Source of the DNA: Rotaria socialis
Taxonomy: Eukaryota
DNA: 64,000 nucleotides
Assembly: GCA_905331295.1 (NCBI GenBank)
Contig: CAJNYD010000512.1
Coordinates: 1 to 64,000, forward strand
Reading direction: 5' to 3'
Below the pieces are notes generated by a model. The model was not told where the DNA came from. It did not search any database and worked only from the letters and a program-made list of their open reading frames with translations. Both the position numbers and the translations under genes were made by a program. Positions 40,156 to 54,893 of the stretch are shown piece by piece; position 1 is the stretch's first letter, and the number at the start of each line of letters is the position of its first letter.

Positions 40156-42630
40156 ATAAAATGATTTATAATACGAATAACAACAGCAGCCGAAATTTCG
40201 ATGAATAGAAAGGCAATGAGTTTCACGTCGATCACTAATGTTGCTATCTATTTGTACATTTTCTAACAAGATCAATGTGCTCTTTACATATTTCGACGTA
40301 TGTCTGCTGTTATTTGACATTTAACATATGTTCTCGAGACCTTTATTTATGATTAAGACGCTTTCAAATAGACAAACGTGTCAAATTGTTTCCTAGGAGC
40401 TCGTGTATTGTTTTGTCGTTAACACCAAAGGAATTTTATTCATAAATTGTAATTGTGTTCTTTTATTATTTTTACGAGCATATTTTTAGCCAAAATATAT
40501 AGTTCTTATTTTTTAAATACCAACCAAACAACGATGATGTACTGTTAGTTAAAGATATATTATAATCGAAAGAAGAAAGGGCTTCATTACTTCTTTATTG
40601 AAAAACTAGAAGGACTTACAGTATAGAAGATTAATAGTCTTTAACATTATATATATTTCTATAAATATGACTCGTGAAAGTTCATAGTTTTCTTGCTTAA
40701 GATTTTGTACTTAAAAACTTTTTCTCTCGATGACAACGGGAAAAACAAGAATTATTTTTGATTTAATTCGATATTGCCTTTTAAAGACAAACAATCTATC
40801 TGTATTAAAATATCTGAACCTGATTGTCGTATGTTTACGTCTTAGTATTGTTTTCTGTAGACTTGATAGAAAATTAAACACTAGTAAATTTTTTTCAATC
40901 CTTATTAAGCTATTCTTGTATTCGTTTGTTTATTGTCAATATAGAAGCGGCTTAATCTTTTTCTTCGTCTTTTAATCATATCTTGCTGCTGTCTAGTCAA
41001 TGCGTAAATGAAAATATTCTATTCGAGAGAGAAATATAATGCATGATACATTTATTTCAATTAAGCGGCTGAATATATTTGCCATTCAATCATGTTTTTT
41101 TTTCCATTTGAATTATATATAAGTGCGAATGCTAAATTAACACTTTCATTTGAATAATTTATATTATTAATTGAATGATTGCTATTATCCAGGAAACAAG
41201 AGAAAAAAATAGAAAGCACTATTTCTAACGAATTAGTGTCTTTTTCAATATCAATTGTATTTTGTTTTCTTCGTTAGGCTTACATTTATGATAAAATAAA
41301 AATGCGTAATATCGACAATAAATAATTGAAGATTAGCTATTGTAGATGCTCGTTTTAGATTGGTGTGTTTTCTTTTTGTTTTCGATGAGAACAGATACAC
41401 TCGAGTTTCTGGCATTGAAAAAAATATAGACTATGTTAATCTATGCCCTATTGTGCTGTGGCTAAACCACGGAGGAATTTTTTTTCTTTTATTATCAATA
41501 CAAAAATATGACAAACAACAATGAATTCACGTCAAATGTGAGATCTAAAATTGTAAAAGAATTTTCTCGCGTTCCTCAAGTTTCCTGTAGACTATTGAAA
41601 TAGTACATTCTAATGTCATGGCATGTATGTGTTACAAAAATAATTACTTGATTATCGAGATTGGCTGAAGAGTGCAATGTCACTTCAGCTACTGATTATT
41701 ACCACGTATATAGGATTAATTCAGCTGCTTCTCTACTTGTTTTTTTTTCCGAGGGTACTTTCACTATTTACTTTTGTCTCAATAGTAAAAATAGAAACCA
41801 GCTTCGTCATGTCGACCTTTTGTTCTAGTTCTCATAGGTTCAGATTTTTTTTTTATCAAAGCTCGATAAAAGATATACTTTTATCCCTTCGACTCTTTAA
41901 AAAGACAATTTATATTATTATTAAATTTACACTTTTCTATACACGTAAACAAGCAGAGGCTCTCATTTCGGAATAGTCTTTTGTAAAATTCTCGTAGATA
42001 GAAATATCTTTCTAACAAGTTTGTCATTCTTTCAATCTCATATTAGAAAAAGGATAGATACTTTTTTTCCTGTCTGTCTTTTATTTCACACTCAAGGAAA
42101 ATGACAAAGTACAAAGAAAAAAAAAGAACACGCTATATCATACAATAACATGAAGAAAAACAAAACAAAAAAAGGAGCAAAAGACACAGAAAAACAATTT
42201 TTTTTGAGAAATATATGTTGAAGAATCATCACCAGAAATGATACTATTAACGCAAACGACAAATATAAATCCTCATTATAATACAGAAAAGACAAAAGTC
42301 GATTTCGAATGGGGAATGTCAAAAGGAAAACAAACAAACAATAATTTCATTTTGTTTTTTTTTGCTGTATAGACATACGTTTGTCAAATTAAAATGAAGT
42401 TGAGAGGAAGAAAAGGAAACAGGGCTGAGCGCAAGTTAGATTTTTTTGTTTGTTTCATAAAATTTTTATAAATTTTTTTTTCAAATATGTTAAATTTTCT
42501 TTCAAAAAGAAAAAAAAAGGAAACTTCTCTTAATCATGATTAATTCGAAATAAGCTTTACACGAATAATTAGATTCTCATAGAAAAATACGAAATAAGAA
42601 AACAATGAAAACTTTTAATGACTCGTTTGA

Positions 42631-45600
42631 TCAGGATTGATTTCGACGATATACTGTTTGTTGTTCGCTATAGGTTCTAGGTCCGTGATAGAAATAATTA
42701 TTTGATTGTTTCTGTACATAATGACTTCGATGGGAATTATTGCTAACACGATAATTCCAATATGATTTTGTCGATGAACTAGATGGTGATGTCTAAAAAA
42801 TAAAAACTTGTCATATATTTGTTTAGAACAGAATAGATTATTTGAAGTGTAGAAAATACAGAAGAATGAATGCGGGATATTACAAGGACGACTTCGTTCT
42901 ATTTTGTTGTTTTTTCAGTCAACACTGACTGCACATAACAAGTAGCTGCTTGCACTATTACTTCCCAGATATGTTTCTAAATGAGCTGGTTTATTTTCGC
43001 AGCCGAACGAGGCAAAAATGTGCCCATAAGGTTCGAACTAATCGCCTATTTCTTCTAATAGTGTCCTTGATTGTTTTATATTAGGACTAAGTCTATTGCC
43101 TTGTTTTTATCGTCTGATTGAGCCATGATGAATTCTACTTAGTAGGTTTTATTTAGACGTGCGAGTCACAAGTAAAAAAATTAATCAGAGAAAAAAACAC
43201 GCCTACAAGCAGTTGGAGACTAATTATTCTTAAGATGTAAAAAGAGTTTCAGACCAATCCGATGTCTTAAAAGATATTTTCATAACAGAAAATAGGATCT
43301 CGTGAGTAAATTTTTTATTTAATAACCTTTCAAAGAGTCACACTACCGTTAAAATGTGGTCTAAATTTGAAGTTCATCATTAAGGCCAACTTGAGAACAT
43401 TCTACAGGAAGGATATACTCATTAATCACGATCATTTTTCAATGGAGAAAAGCTTCGAGTTTTATTTTTTTTTCTACGTCAACAAGAGTTACAATCATGT
43501 TAGCGAGTTTAAATTCTCATGTGAAATAATTTTATGTCGTGAAACCAAAATCTCTATGAAAAGTCTTTCTATGGCGAACTAGAAGTTTAGGAAGAATGAA
43601 TATATTAGTTCGAAAGTACATACCGATCGACTTGAATTCGAGGATGAATTTGTACAAGGATGATGCATATTATTGTAATTATGATATTTTTGAAAATGCT
43701 GATTATCTCCAACAAATAAATGTTCATATTCATAATGATAATAGTCTTTAAGATAATGGATATTAATTAATAATAATTCTCTATCTTCATGAGTTAAACA
43801 AACAGTACTCTGCTGTATAATTGCTGCTAAATGTTCAAAAAATAATAAGCATAAACGAGCATTAATTAAATCGATTTGATCAATTTGTTTTGAATCATAT
43901 TTTGAATTTATCATTTGATTTTGTTGATAATAACGACGTTGTAATATTTCATTAAGATTATTCGTTATATGTAAATTACTTATGATTGTTGATGGTAGAA
44001 AATGTGTAGCAACATATTGAGCAATAACATGAATTTGTTCTGGAATTGTTTTATAATCAATAAAAAATCTCGAACACATATATCGTTGCATATGAATCAT
44101 TATGGCAACATCGTAAAGCTTATAATTTCGAGCTAAGAGATCACAATATTTCTATAAAAAAAACAAAAAGAAGATAAAATCAGTGAAGACAATAGAAAAA
44201 AACTAGATACTTACTAATAAACCACCACCGCGCATTGTTTCAGGTTCATATGTAGCAATTAATTTATTATTCAAATGTTCAAGTGCTTGATGTAAATTCT
44301 TATAAACAGAATAGACTTGAATCAAGCTTGTCGATACAGGTGCCATTGCCATTGGTGATGTACAAAATACTTGGTCATCATCTTCATTAGGAGAATCATC
44401 GGCATCGACTTCAATTCCATCATCAACATCTTCATTAATCGTAATTTGAAATTGAACAACTGAACTTAATTTATCATCGTCGACTGTTGATTCCGATGGA
44501 TTTAATGTTCGCACGCGGGATTCAGTCGATGCTATAATTGAGAAAAAAAATATGCATATATCACTTGTTATTTTCACTTCAAAAATAGATATTATTAAAA
44601 TCAACGAACAAGCAAAAACAAGCGATAATACCTTACGGAGAGTACATCTATCAAGAACACCGAAAAAGTACTAGTCTAATCTTACTAGGATTAATATGTG
44701 ATAGATGATATAATCAAATTTAATTAATTCAATACGATTAGTTTTATCTTTAGAGCATTATGATCTTTTCTAGTTTGGTACTGCTGACGCAGGTGTGAGA
44801 TACGGGTCTCTAGTTCTTTTTTAGATTTTCTTTGGTTAGATAAGAAAATTCATCTTTAAATAAAAATTTGAAATAAATGAATGTAAGTCTCAATAAAACT
44901 GAGAAAGACATAACTATAGATGTACGAATGCTTTTTAAGTTCAAAAGAATGCACAGAACCTTGTAGTCATTTTTGACTTTAACAGTCTGACATTCACATG
45001 GTTCTCATGATTTTCTACATCTTGAACAATGTTTACAATATCATGTGACGGTGAGAAACATTTTGCGATTAAGAAAACACTCGTGTTCTTTTATATATCG
45101 GAATTAATTCAAAAATAATAATCTTATTCAAGGTTAAACTATCAAAGTTTTAAGGTTATCTTTGAAATTTCTTATATAACAAAACGTAGAATTTCAATTA
45201 TAGGTCACAGTTATCCAAGAAATGATCTAGAAACATTCTCCGGTTTTCTTTAGTTTGACTTACGTTTTTGATTTTTCGACGCTGGAATAGTTGTTATTGT
45301 TGCAAGTGTTTGGCAATTTATAGTACTATCATGTTCACTCATCTTGCGTGATGATGTTGGTGAAAAAGATCCAAATTGTATTGGACTTGTACTTGTATTT
45401 TGATCTTCAACTTTATTCTTAAGAATAGTAATACCATTAATAGCGTCAATGACCAAACTTTTTGTTTGAACCTTTTTTGTTATAGATTCAGGATTCGATA
45501 ATTGATTGACATTTTTATCTGATAATACTGATTTAAGATCGATTTGAAATGAATCAACGCTGAATTGCCATTGCCGTTTAATATTTTCAACAAATTTCAA

Positions 45601-46131
45601 TTCAAGATTTTGTCCCAATAAATTCTGTAACGATAATAAAGCCCATGAATCTTGTTCGGAACTTATTTTAATATTCTTCTTTGCATATGTATCGAGTACA
45701 GACGATATAAAGTATTGTGAACATGTGGATGCAGTTGGTATATGTTCAATTAAACACGATGATACAATATATTTAATTATTGTCCATAGATCACAGAGAT
45801 AAGGTTCATTATTCGATGAGAATAATGTTGTTTGCTGTTGAGACGATAATGGTGTTTTAACAATAAATAAAATGTCAATATCACGATAAACAAAGTCTGA
45901 ATCTTTAACAAGAACATATGATGCTGCACCGCCATATAAACGAATGTCCGATATATCAATTGAATGTTCATTCAATTTCAATAATACTCGCCGAAGAAAA
46001 TCTCGTGGAGTTATGTGTAATGTTGGAAACGTCGATGTTGGCGGCGATGGATAAATAGGAATTGTTGGCGTTAGTACACGTCGTAATTTGTCAATTTGTG
46101 GCAATGTTAAATACACTGGTGAACTATGCAT
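42631..46131 (-). CDS. TENT5: Terminal nucleotidyltransferase 5 (FAM46 family non-canonical poly(A) polymerase)
   Basis: DIRLYGGAASYVL, YRDIDILF, DSWALLSL.N..GQNLELKFV, RQWQFSVDSFQI, HLNNKLIAT..PE.MRGGGLL-KYC.LL, QRYMCSRFFIDY, STVCL. The last exon (42792-42631) is inferred from splice sites. Confidence 0.93.
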
Positions 46132-48279
46132 TATTAAAAAGTCCCAAAGAAATCGAATGACGTAACTGCTTTACTTCTAGAAATGTGTGTATATATATAG
46201 AGATATATATATATTTTTTTGCGTGTTTGATCGATGACACAAATAGATGACGATGTTATTACACAATTACTCGAAATAATAAAAAAAATACTTTTCTAAC
46301 ACCTAGACTTTTGTGAGTAAACGAAATGAATTCTTTTTATAAGAGAATCTGGAGGTTATTAAGCGTGGGTTTATGCGCTCGTTTTTCCCCGTGAGGGTAA
46401 ACGAGTGAGAATGAATGGAAGGAAAGCAAAGACGATTCGTTTCGATTTTTTTCGAAAGAGAATAAATGGCAAAAAAAGAATATGCTTGATAATATTTGAT
46501 TGGATGAAAGAAAAAGAAAATCGTTGACGACATCTTTTATGCGGTGAGATTTTTTCTCTATTATGTTATGTGCGACATCATAAGCTACTAAGAAAAGAAA
46601 CTCATATGTTAACGGGGTTTTATGATTGCGATAAGAATTCGAATGCCTAGAATTTTGAAAGAGGAGCGTATTTTCTAAAAATCGAGTGTTCTTTTTTCGC
46701 TGAATCGAACGAATCTGTTTTATTCATGGCAAATATAATACTAATCGTGTGTCAAAACTGAAATAGTACAAATGTGATCATTTTTCTTTACGTGTGCGTA
46801 TCAAAACCGAAGATCGATAAAAGCAATCCTGTCATCATTTTCCTTCGATTCAAGGAAAACTCATTCGACTTTAGCGTACATCGAAATGATTGGTTTAACT
46901 TCAATGGAAATTTTCTGTCTGAAGATAAATAATCACTTAACACGCAACACAAATGAGTAATTGTTTGTTTATCATATTTGATAAATTACGTCTTGAATGT
47001 TGATCTAGACATGATAACAACACTTATTTCACTTTTCTCGAAAGAAAAAACGGCGCTTGTCCGCCACTAATTGTATCCGAAAATAATCTTTCTGTTTCCG
47101 ATTAATATCTTTCATCTAATAAGCACATACGCCCGAACCTCGAGCAATACGATTCAAGCCAGAATAGATATTTGTCATGATATATGTAACGATGATGAAA
47201 CGTCTGAAAAAGGTCACCGATCGTTTTAATGAAAAGACGAAGAAGATTGTGTCACTCGAGTGCAAACAAAAAAAGAAAGAACAATTCTTCGTATGCAAAG
47301 AAACACTTGGAAGACACAGTAGAGTGATGTAAATGTACTTAGAATTCAAAGACATTTTACCGACATAAGAGTTGTTCTTACCTGAACTTCGAATACAGTA
47401 TTTAACCAGTAGTCAGCTCTATTTTTTTCTCGAATATTTAATTAGTAATGTTGAAGAGATACACGAGTTTTTTATATAGAAAGAAAGAAGGAAAACTGGA
47501 AGAACGATGAACAAACACATCGGAGTAAAAATCGATAACGGTCAGAATCTACTGGAATATACTTGAACATTAGGAAGAAAAAAAAATCGAAGCTTATATA
47601 CGATGCACTGCGCATATGTATGCGTTCGACGCAAAGAACGAGCAACGTAGAAATGATAAAAAAGATATCAACAAGCAAAATTATACAGCACTGTTCGTTC
47701 TGTTCAATTCAATACAAAAAAAAGAGCTGCATAATGGTGAAGTCGTACAGCTGTACTGTGTTATAATTGTGTTTTTCTTTAGATCGCATTATTCCTATTG
47801 TTAAGAAACTCGTTACCTACTGGATACAGACTGCATAGGGGTTGTGTTCAAATTTCGATGCGAAAAAGTTGTCGAATAATCAGGAGAAATAAAATTAAGA
47901 AGGAAGATCTCTCTTAGATTATTCGATTTTAGATTAAAACTAATGGTAAAATTACAAAAATTTGAAATCAACCCTTTGCTATCCTTAAGAGCAGCAGTCC
48001 TTCAAATAGTTTTAATGTGAAACTTCATACACGAACATTTTCTAGTTGTAACTATTTTTAACAATATTAATAGTAGAAGTATTTTTTTTACGCCCGACAG
48101 ATCTAATCTAAATCATGTGTGGTTTTCATTTATTTTTCTTTCAAGCTTTTCCTACAATTTTACACATGCCTATCTTATTATTGATTTGAGATCGAATGAG
48201 AGTAATTTTTCCGATGAGCGCGGTGTCTACCATATTGGAATTAGAAAATTCATGTAATATAGTCTACTTCTTTTTCTTT

Positions 48280-48806
48280 TTTGTGTACTCAAAAAAAAAA
48301 GAGTACACTATAGAATCGGTCAGTGTGTCCGTCCGTCCGTCCGTTTATTCTATAACTCTTCAGAATTACATTCGATTGAGCTGAAATTTTATGCACAGAA
48401 TTGTCTCATCAATATCTAAGTCGAGTTCGAAGATGAGAAGGATCCGTCAAGAAATGGCTGAGTTATCGAAAAAATTGTCATTTTTGATCAAACCATCCCT
48501 GAGGGGGAGTACAGGGATTTTTCAAAAAACCTTTTTTCTCAGAATTATCCACAACATATATAAATCGACTTAGTTTTTAACGCTGATTCTGAATCTGATA
48601 TTAGTTTGAAATAAATCGTAGCTTTCTAACGAAACATCGCCTGAAAAACGTCTCAAAATGCACAAAAACTGCATCCAGAAATCAAATTGCCTAGTTTCTC
48701 ATGATAATTTTGGCGTTCAGACATTCTAGAATGACTCATATGTCCCATGCACTTTTTGCAGTGCACATAACTCTCGGATGAAATCCGAAGTCTCCACATT
48801 TATTTT
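48280..48806 (+). mobile_element. DINE-1/HINE-like Helentron-associated element
   Basis: 5' T-run plus GTGTACTC-A-run-GAGTACAC inverted repeat, then a (GTCC)n microsatellite; 3' degenerate subTIR AGTGCACA followed by stem-loop TCGGATGAAATCCGA and a T-run. Confidence 0.75.
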
Positions 48807-50717
48807 TATCTATGATGCAATTCGGTGTACTTTGATATAAAATTTTTTGTTGATACTATTTATGATTACAACGTTACTTTCTTGGAAAAAAATAGCCTGA
48901 TAAAGTTTTTACATGCGCGGCAAATTAAGTAGCTTATTGATAACTTTATCGTAAGTGCTATGTATGCCAGTTTATCGATAAGTGAAATTTGAAATATCGC
49001 GAACATTTAGCATAAGTTATTTTTGAGGCTTGTAGCATGTTTTTCTCATGTGACTCGACCAACTCTACTCAAGCATGGCTGAAAAACAACTAGCTCTCAA
49101 CATTTCATATCACGTTATCTAACATACATTAAAAATACTAATAGAATCAATGCTATACACTTATATTTTTGTTTTGGTCAATTTGTAACTGTGTCAAATA
49201 GTTCTTTGATGTAACTCGAAAGTATCTAATGTTGTTTTCTACAGATACTCCACCCAATTTTCTGAATTAAAAGTAAAAATATTCGCTGGTTTGATCGTTT
49301 CTCTAATTCAAACGATTTTTACATAAACAAAGAATCTTTTAGATCGTTTGGAGAATTTCTTCTATTGAATTGATATGAAGATAAATATAATCAACAATAT
49401 TTTTCAATCTAGTTTCATTCATATTCCAGTTTTTTTTTAGAAAAAATGCCTAACAGAATCCGATAGCAACAGGGAACATAACGAAAATGACAAGTAGGTC
49501 TTCTTCTTCTTTTTATCGAAAAATGAAAAAATTGTACTTCAAATGTAAGATTCGACATGACTTAATGCATCAGTATTCTCCATCTAAGATTAATCATTGT
49601 TTAACAATTCAATGCGGTGATTTACGTGTTAGGTTTTGTTGTCTAAAATATTAGTACATTATTTTTGACTTATCGCAATATGTTTTTCTTGTTTGTTATA
49701 TTGTTAATAATCATCGATAGTTAATATAACAAAACATCGATATGACAGTTGACGAAAATCATGATATCTAAAGGTTAGACACTTTTCTTTTTATCTCTGG
49801 TATAGAACGGCGAATGTCTTATTTTTGTGTTTTTCAAGCATGCATTATTAAAAGGCAATAAAATCATAAAACTTCGAATTTCATCGTAAAAGAAAACAAA
49901 AGAATAAAATCTCTAACATGAACAACTCATAAACAAATGATGAAATTCAGCTATCATCAAAATAATTAAATTTTTATTTACTTTTTAACTGAATAAAACA
50001 CATGAAAGAAATTTTTATCAGGACTACGATCATACGGAATACTTTAATTTGTCTAGTTTGAATATTTTTCCCTTTAGAAGCCTCCACGTATTCTTCCAAC
50101 GCATCAAACTAATTTTTTTTGTACCGAAAACAACATGATCAGTGCACATCTATCAAAAAAGGGCATTCGAGTGTGACGCAATTCTTACAAAGCAATCCTA
50201 CGTTTTGCAATTTTTGTTCGTTTCACGTAATGATTGGCTTATTTGGTAATATTTTTTCTCTTTTGTTTCTTTTTGCATCATCAACAAAAACTATCAATAT
50301 TGATAAGTAGACGTTGATGTTTCTCACAGTGTTTTTTCTCTTCTCTTATCTAATGGTTATGGATGAGCGAACGTTGGGTTAACTCATCAAAAAATCTGAA
50401 TGTGCCTGAATATAATGAGACGAAGAAGAAAAAAGCGAAAGAAAAGGGCAATGCACGGTGGTTTTGTGTGAATATGAGTAGTTGCGGCGACACGATACCC
50501 ATTGATTGGCGATATGGTTATAGTTGATAAATAACCTTGAGAAAAAAATCGAGAAGGAGAGATGAGAGAGAGAGAGTGAAGGGCTACTACCATCTTTTTT
50601 TCTTCTCTTGATTATCCAAGTAGTATAAAAACCGATGTCTTCTTCTATATAAACGCTTTCTTTCGAAGCTTGATATTCTATTAGTTTTCCTATTAGTAGA
50701 TACCCGTACCCTAAAAA

Positions 50718-51506
50718 ATGGTTGCCATCGAACGCGTCGGATATGTTTATCCATCAGTACATCTTCAAGAAATGCTCTCACTTGCACAAAAGCCAACACC
50801 ATTGGCAACACCAACGCCAACACAATATAACAACGTAGCATATAATGATTCCGTTGCTCGTGTTATGAATGGTAGTTCAACACAAAAAATTACACCGGAG
50901 CAATTCGGCCTTGCTAACAATCCATCATTACAATTTTCAACACCAGGCGGTGGCTTTGTTCAAGTATTTGGTCCATTGAAAACACCTGGCAACGATAAAT
51001 TCTTTCATGATCCCAATCCAGTTGTCATTCAAAAACAATCAAAACCAATTACATACGTGCAGAAAATCAATTTAGCTTATTATAAACCACCTGCACCACC
51101 AGCACCAGGTCCAGTTATTATTAAAGAAGTATGTCAACGAAATTATCTTTTCTCATACACATAGAAATTTATATTTTCTTTTTAAAGGTACGACCACCAC
51201 AGGCACCAGTTCCCCCACCACTCTATGTTCGCATACAACCACCACCACCACAAGAGCAAGCACCACTAGTCATTCGTGAAGCTCCACCACCACGTCCTAA
51301 ACAAATTCCAGTAAATATTTTTTTTCTCTCTCTATAATTATTCTAATCAACCTAATGCATAATTTGTTTTCTAGACAACGCATTTAACAAAAATGTTACC
51401 ACCAATTCCTACTCCACCACCAAATGTTCAAGTACGTAATGCTCCTAATCAAGCAACACTTGAACAAACTTTGAATAACTTGGGCCTGACATCAATGTTA
51501 CAATAG
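50718..51506 (+). CDS. Uncharacterised Pro/Ile-rich repeat protein, paralog of 26828-29047, three exons
   Basis: DPNPVVIQK...YVQKINLAYYKPPAPPAPGPVIIKE-VRPPQAPVPPPLYVR..PLVIREAPPPRP-..TKMLPPIPTPPP; TATAAA motifs at about 50623 and 50648. Confidence 0.85.
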
Positions 51507-53131
51507 AACGATATATATGTACATCAAACATAAACTGCACTTTTCTTTTTATCCATAATTGCTTGATGAGTATAGATAATTTTATTTTTATAATTCAATA
51601 TTTTACACGGTGGTTTGTGCGAGTATGCGATCAATCTATTTAGTTGTTCATCTATTCTTATTCTTATATATTGTTTTTTCTTCTTCTTTTTATTATGCAT
51701 GAAATTTGTATTTCGCGAAATCATTCGAATTTTATCCTTTTTATCTGCTATCTATCTTCTGTATCATCGAAATGGCAAAGTGAAATATCTATATTTATAT
51801 AGTATTTTCTAGTCATCGATGGTACCGTTGAAATGAGCGGACAATATTGGTAAACACAAATGATCAACACTCAATACACACTTCGAATATCTAATGTTCG
51901 AAAAAAAATTCATTAGTAAAAATATTTGAAAAAACACAGTTTTTTAATTAAAATATAAAAAGTAACGGCCAGTGTTTTTTGAAAATCATTTTCTTTTATC
52001 TTATTCCAAAATCATCATAGTGAAGTTCGATAATAACAAGACAAGACGTAAACATCATTATAGGTAATCATGCAATACGCACTTACGATGATCCATTATT
52101 ACATCATCGAATACGCAAAAAAAATATTTGAAAAAAATTGGGCAATATAGCAAATTTGAAGTTTTTTGTATCTACGTTTTGTTTGATTTGACAGCAAGCA
52201 CACGACATTGATGTATTGCAATACAACAAAATTTTAATGAGACGGAAGATGACTCTCACTGATCAGAGGTTAACCATGAAAGAAATCAAGGTAAACAAGC
52301 GAGACAAGTATCAATCAAGTTAAAAAAATCTGGACAGAGATAAAAAAATTGATAATAAATACCATGGTCCATGTGATTTCGATGTTGCTTATAACGAAAG
52401 CATTGCTATTGCACGCAATTAAACGAAGCTATAATGAACTTCTATCTTAAAAACAAATTACAAATAAGGAATACTTAATTATCCTTTCTATATACAAGAT
52501 ATCCACGATACGATCTAAGTGTGTGTGTGTTAGCTTGTTTTTTATACAATTTATTCATAACTTACTAATTAGATAAATAAGATGCATCGACTATAGGGTA
52601 GTTTTTATTGATAGAATTTATATTTTGTTAACTTCCGAATGAATAGTTAAATAAGTACTCCCCTGCTGTTCACTACTCCATATCAATCATTACGAATCAT
52701 CAAGAATTACCGTAACATTAACGTAATCAGATGGTGATTTGCCGTATCCTACCGTAAAACGGTGTAATGTTGGCATTGCTGATACTTTATTTAAAATAAA
52801 ATATAGATGTGCAATATGAATTATTTCTTCACTTTCAGGAATATTTTATCATCTATTTTAATAGCGTGAGAATTATATGATTTTATGTTTCAAGAAAGTG
52901 GAAATAGTCGCAAGAGCTATGGTAATAAAAGTCGTCTATCGTAAACGCAAAGAAAATAATATTCATTTTCTTTTTTACTATTGTTAGTTATTATTATTTG
53001 TTCTACAATGATTCCGATTAACAAATAGTTTAAAATTGTGCGAATTCAATCACCATCATGTATTGATTTTGATCAAATGACTTATGAATTGTAATTATGT
53101 TGTTTATTACACGTCTTACATTGTAAAAAAC

Positions 53132-53695
53132 AAGAGTAAAATAATAAACCTTTTAGGATTTATGAGTAGAGGTGTAAATTATGCAATGGCGCCGCCACTA
53201 CCGTGGTACAAAATAGCTCAGTACGTTTTCGGATATGTTTTTCCTACTGAAAAACTGAAAAATCTAATTTTCATCGATATTTTGATAAAATGATCCAAAG
53301 TCTGATATGAACGTGAAATGCTGTTCAAGTATTTTATTAATCATTCGTTGTATGAAAAAGTCTGAGAAACTTCTAAAATTTTGAGTTTCAAGACGAAGAT
53401 ACGAGAAAGACGCATTTTTCAGTCACCGCAATTGAAATCAATCAAATTCTGAATAAAATGATTTAAACTATACTGAAATTGTATGTTTTTTTAAAATTTT
53501 ACATGGATGGCACAGTTTTTTTTATCAGTCAGGGCTCAACTATTATTTTCTATCGCTTTCATTTCAAAAACTAGTGCAACCGAGACAATTTTTTTAAAAA
53601 TTCATCAAAAACACAAGCGCATCACCGCCGTGGATGAAGAAAACCGTCGCCGGTATGGGCGGAAAAGTTTACAAGGATTTATTATTCTACTCTTA
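53132..53695. mobile_element. Probable older TIR element
   Basis: AAGAGTAAAATAATAAACCTTTTA versus the reverse complement of TACAAGGATTTATTATTCTACTCTT; GC-rich subterminal motifs at both ends. Confidence 0.55.
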
Positions 53696-53697
53696 TT

Positions 53698-54893
53698 CAG
53701 TGCTGCCACCTTTTGAAGTCCGAAAAGCAGAAAATAATTTATAAAAAGCAGAAAATGACAAAAGTTTGTTTCTGGAGAAGCAGAAAAAAAGCAGAAAGTA
53801 TATTTACGATATAAAGCTATTTGTAAACTTTGTTTTTTTGTACTAATTAAGAACTTTCACATCAAACTTTAATGTTTATTGAATCAAGAAAAACAATTAA
53901 TTAAGAAATAAGTAAGATTATTGAACGCATTCTTTTGGATGTATAGTTCTCATTTTATTCAATAGCTTTTAATAAACCTCTGTTGAACACATCGTTCATC
54001 GATTTCTTTTTACTGGTTAATTCTTGGTGATAATGACTGGCGATGCGCCAAGCCCGAATCCAGCCAAATTCAAATGCTAGATTTGACTGGGGCTGTCTAG
54101 ATTTGATTTTGCTTTTGGATTTGAATTGGAGAGGATTTGACTCGAGTTGAATGTGATGTACCTCCCAAAAAGATTGTAGAGTTTCAATATGAAAACTCAT
54201 AAAATCCGACTAGATCTTTGTGGCATTTTTATTCATTTTTTCTCGCTCTATTCCATAGTGATGCTAGATTTCGCCTAACATTAAAACAATTTCTAAAATT
54301 CGACAAGATTTGATGAAACATGTGGACAACAAAATCAGAATTTTAGTCAAATCTTCGAACGCTTTTAATGCTAGTCGAAACCTAGTATCACTATTGGACA
54401 GAGCGAGAAAAACTGACTAAAATGCTGCTAAAATTTAGGCGGATTTTATGAGTTTTCACACCGAAAATCTACAATCTTTATGGGAGGTATGTCGCATGAA
54501 ATTTGTTTTACTTATCATATTAATAATTGTATTCATCAAACTACAGCAAAAAAGAATGTAAGCGAATTCAATGACTAATAAAACATACGAAAGGAAGAAA
54601 AACATGCGTAAAGGATCGATTGGAGACAAAAAAAACACATTAGTGGTTGTTTGCACCTAGTAGAAAATAAAGATCATCTTTCTAAAATTGAATGAATTTG
54701 AATCAAACAAAATCATCAGCAATTATTGATCACGATTCTTTTATAATTATGAAAAAAGATCTTTGAGATGAAAAATATTCGTTAAAAATATAAATAACAC
54801 AGTTTAAAGAAAAGCAGAAAAATCTTCAAAAAGCAGAAACGACAGAAAAGAAGCAGAATTTTTCTGCTAAAAGCAGAAGAGGTGGCAGGCCTG
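53698..54893. mobile_element. Non-autonomous hAT-like element (~1.2 kb)
   Basis: TIR CAGTGCTGCCACC / GGTGGCAGGCCTG; perfect 8-bp TSD CTCTTATT (53690-53697, 54894-54901); AAGCAGAA subterminal repeats. Confidence 0.92.
54161..54487. mobile_element. Fold-back MITE with TA TSD nested in the hAT-like element
   Basis: TA-CCTCCCAAAAAGATTGTAGA ... TCTACAATCTTTATGGGAGG-TA; inverted similarity extends about 140 bp. Confidence 0.9.

Noticed and set aside
46200..47810. Short ORFs upstream of TENT5
   Set aside because: Likely 5' UTR and introns; the Phe/Lys-rich translations reflect A/T runs.
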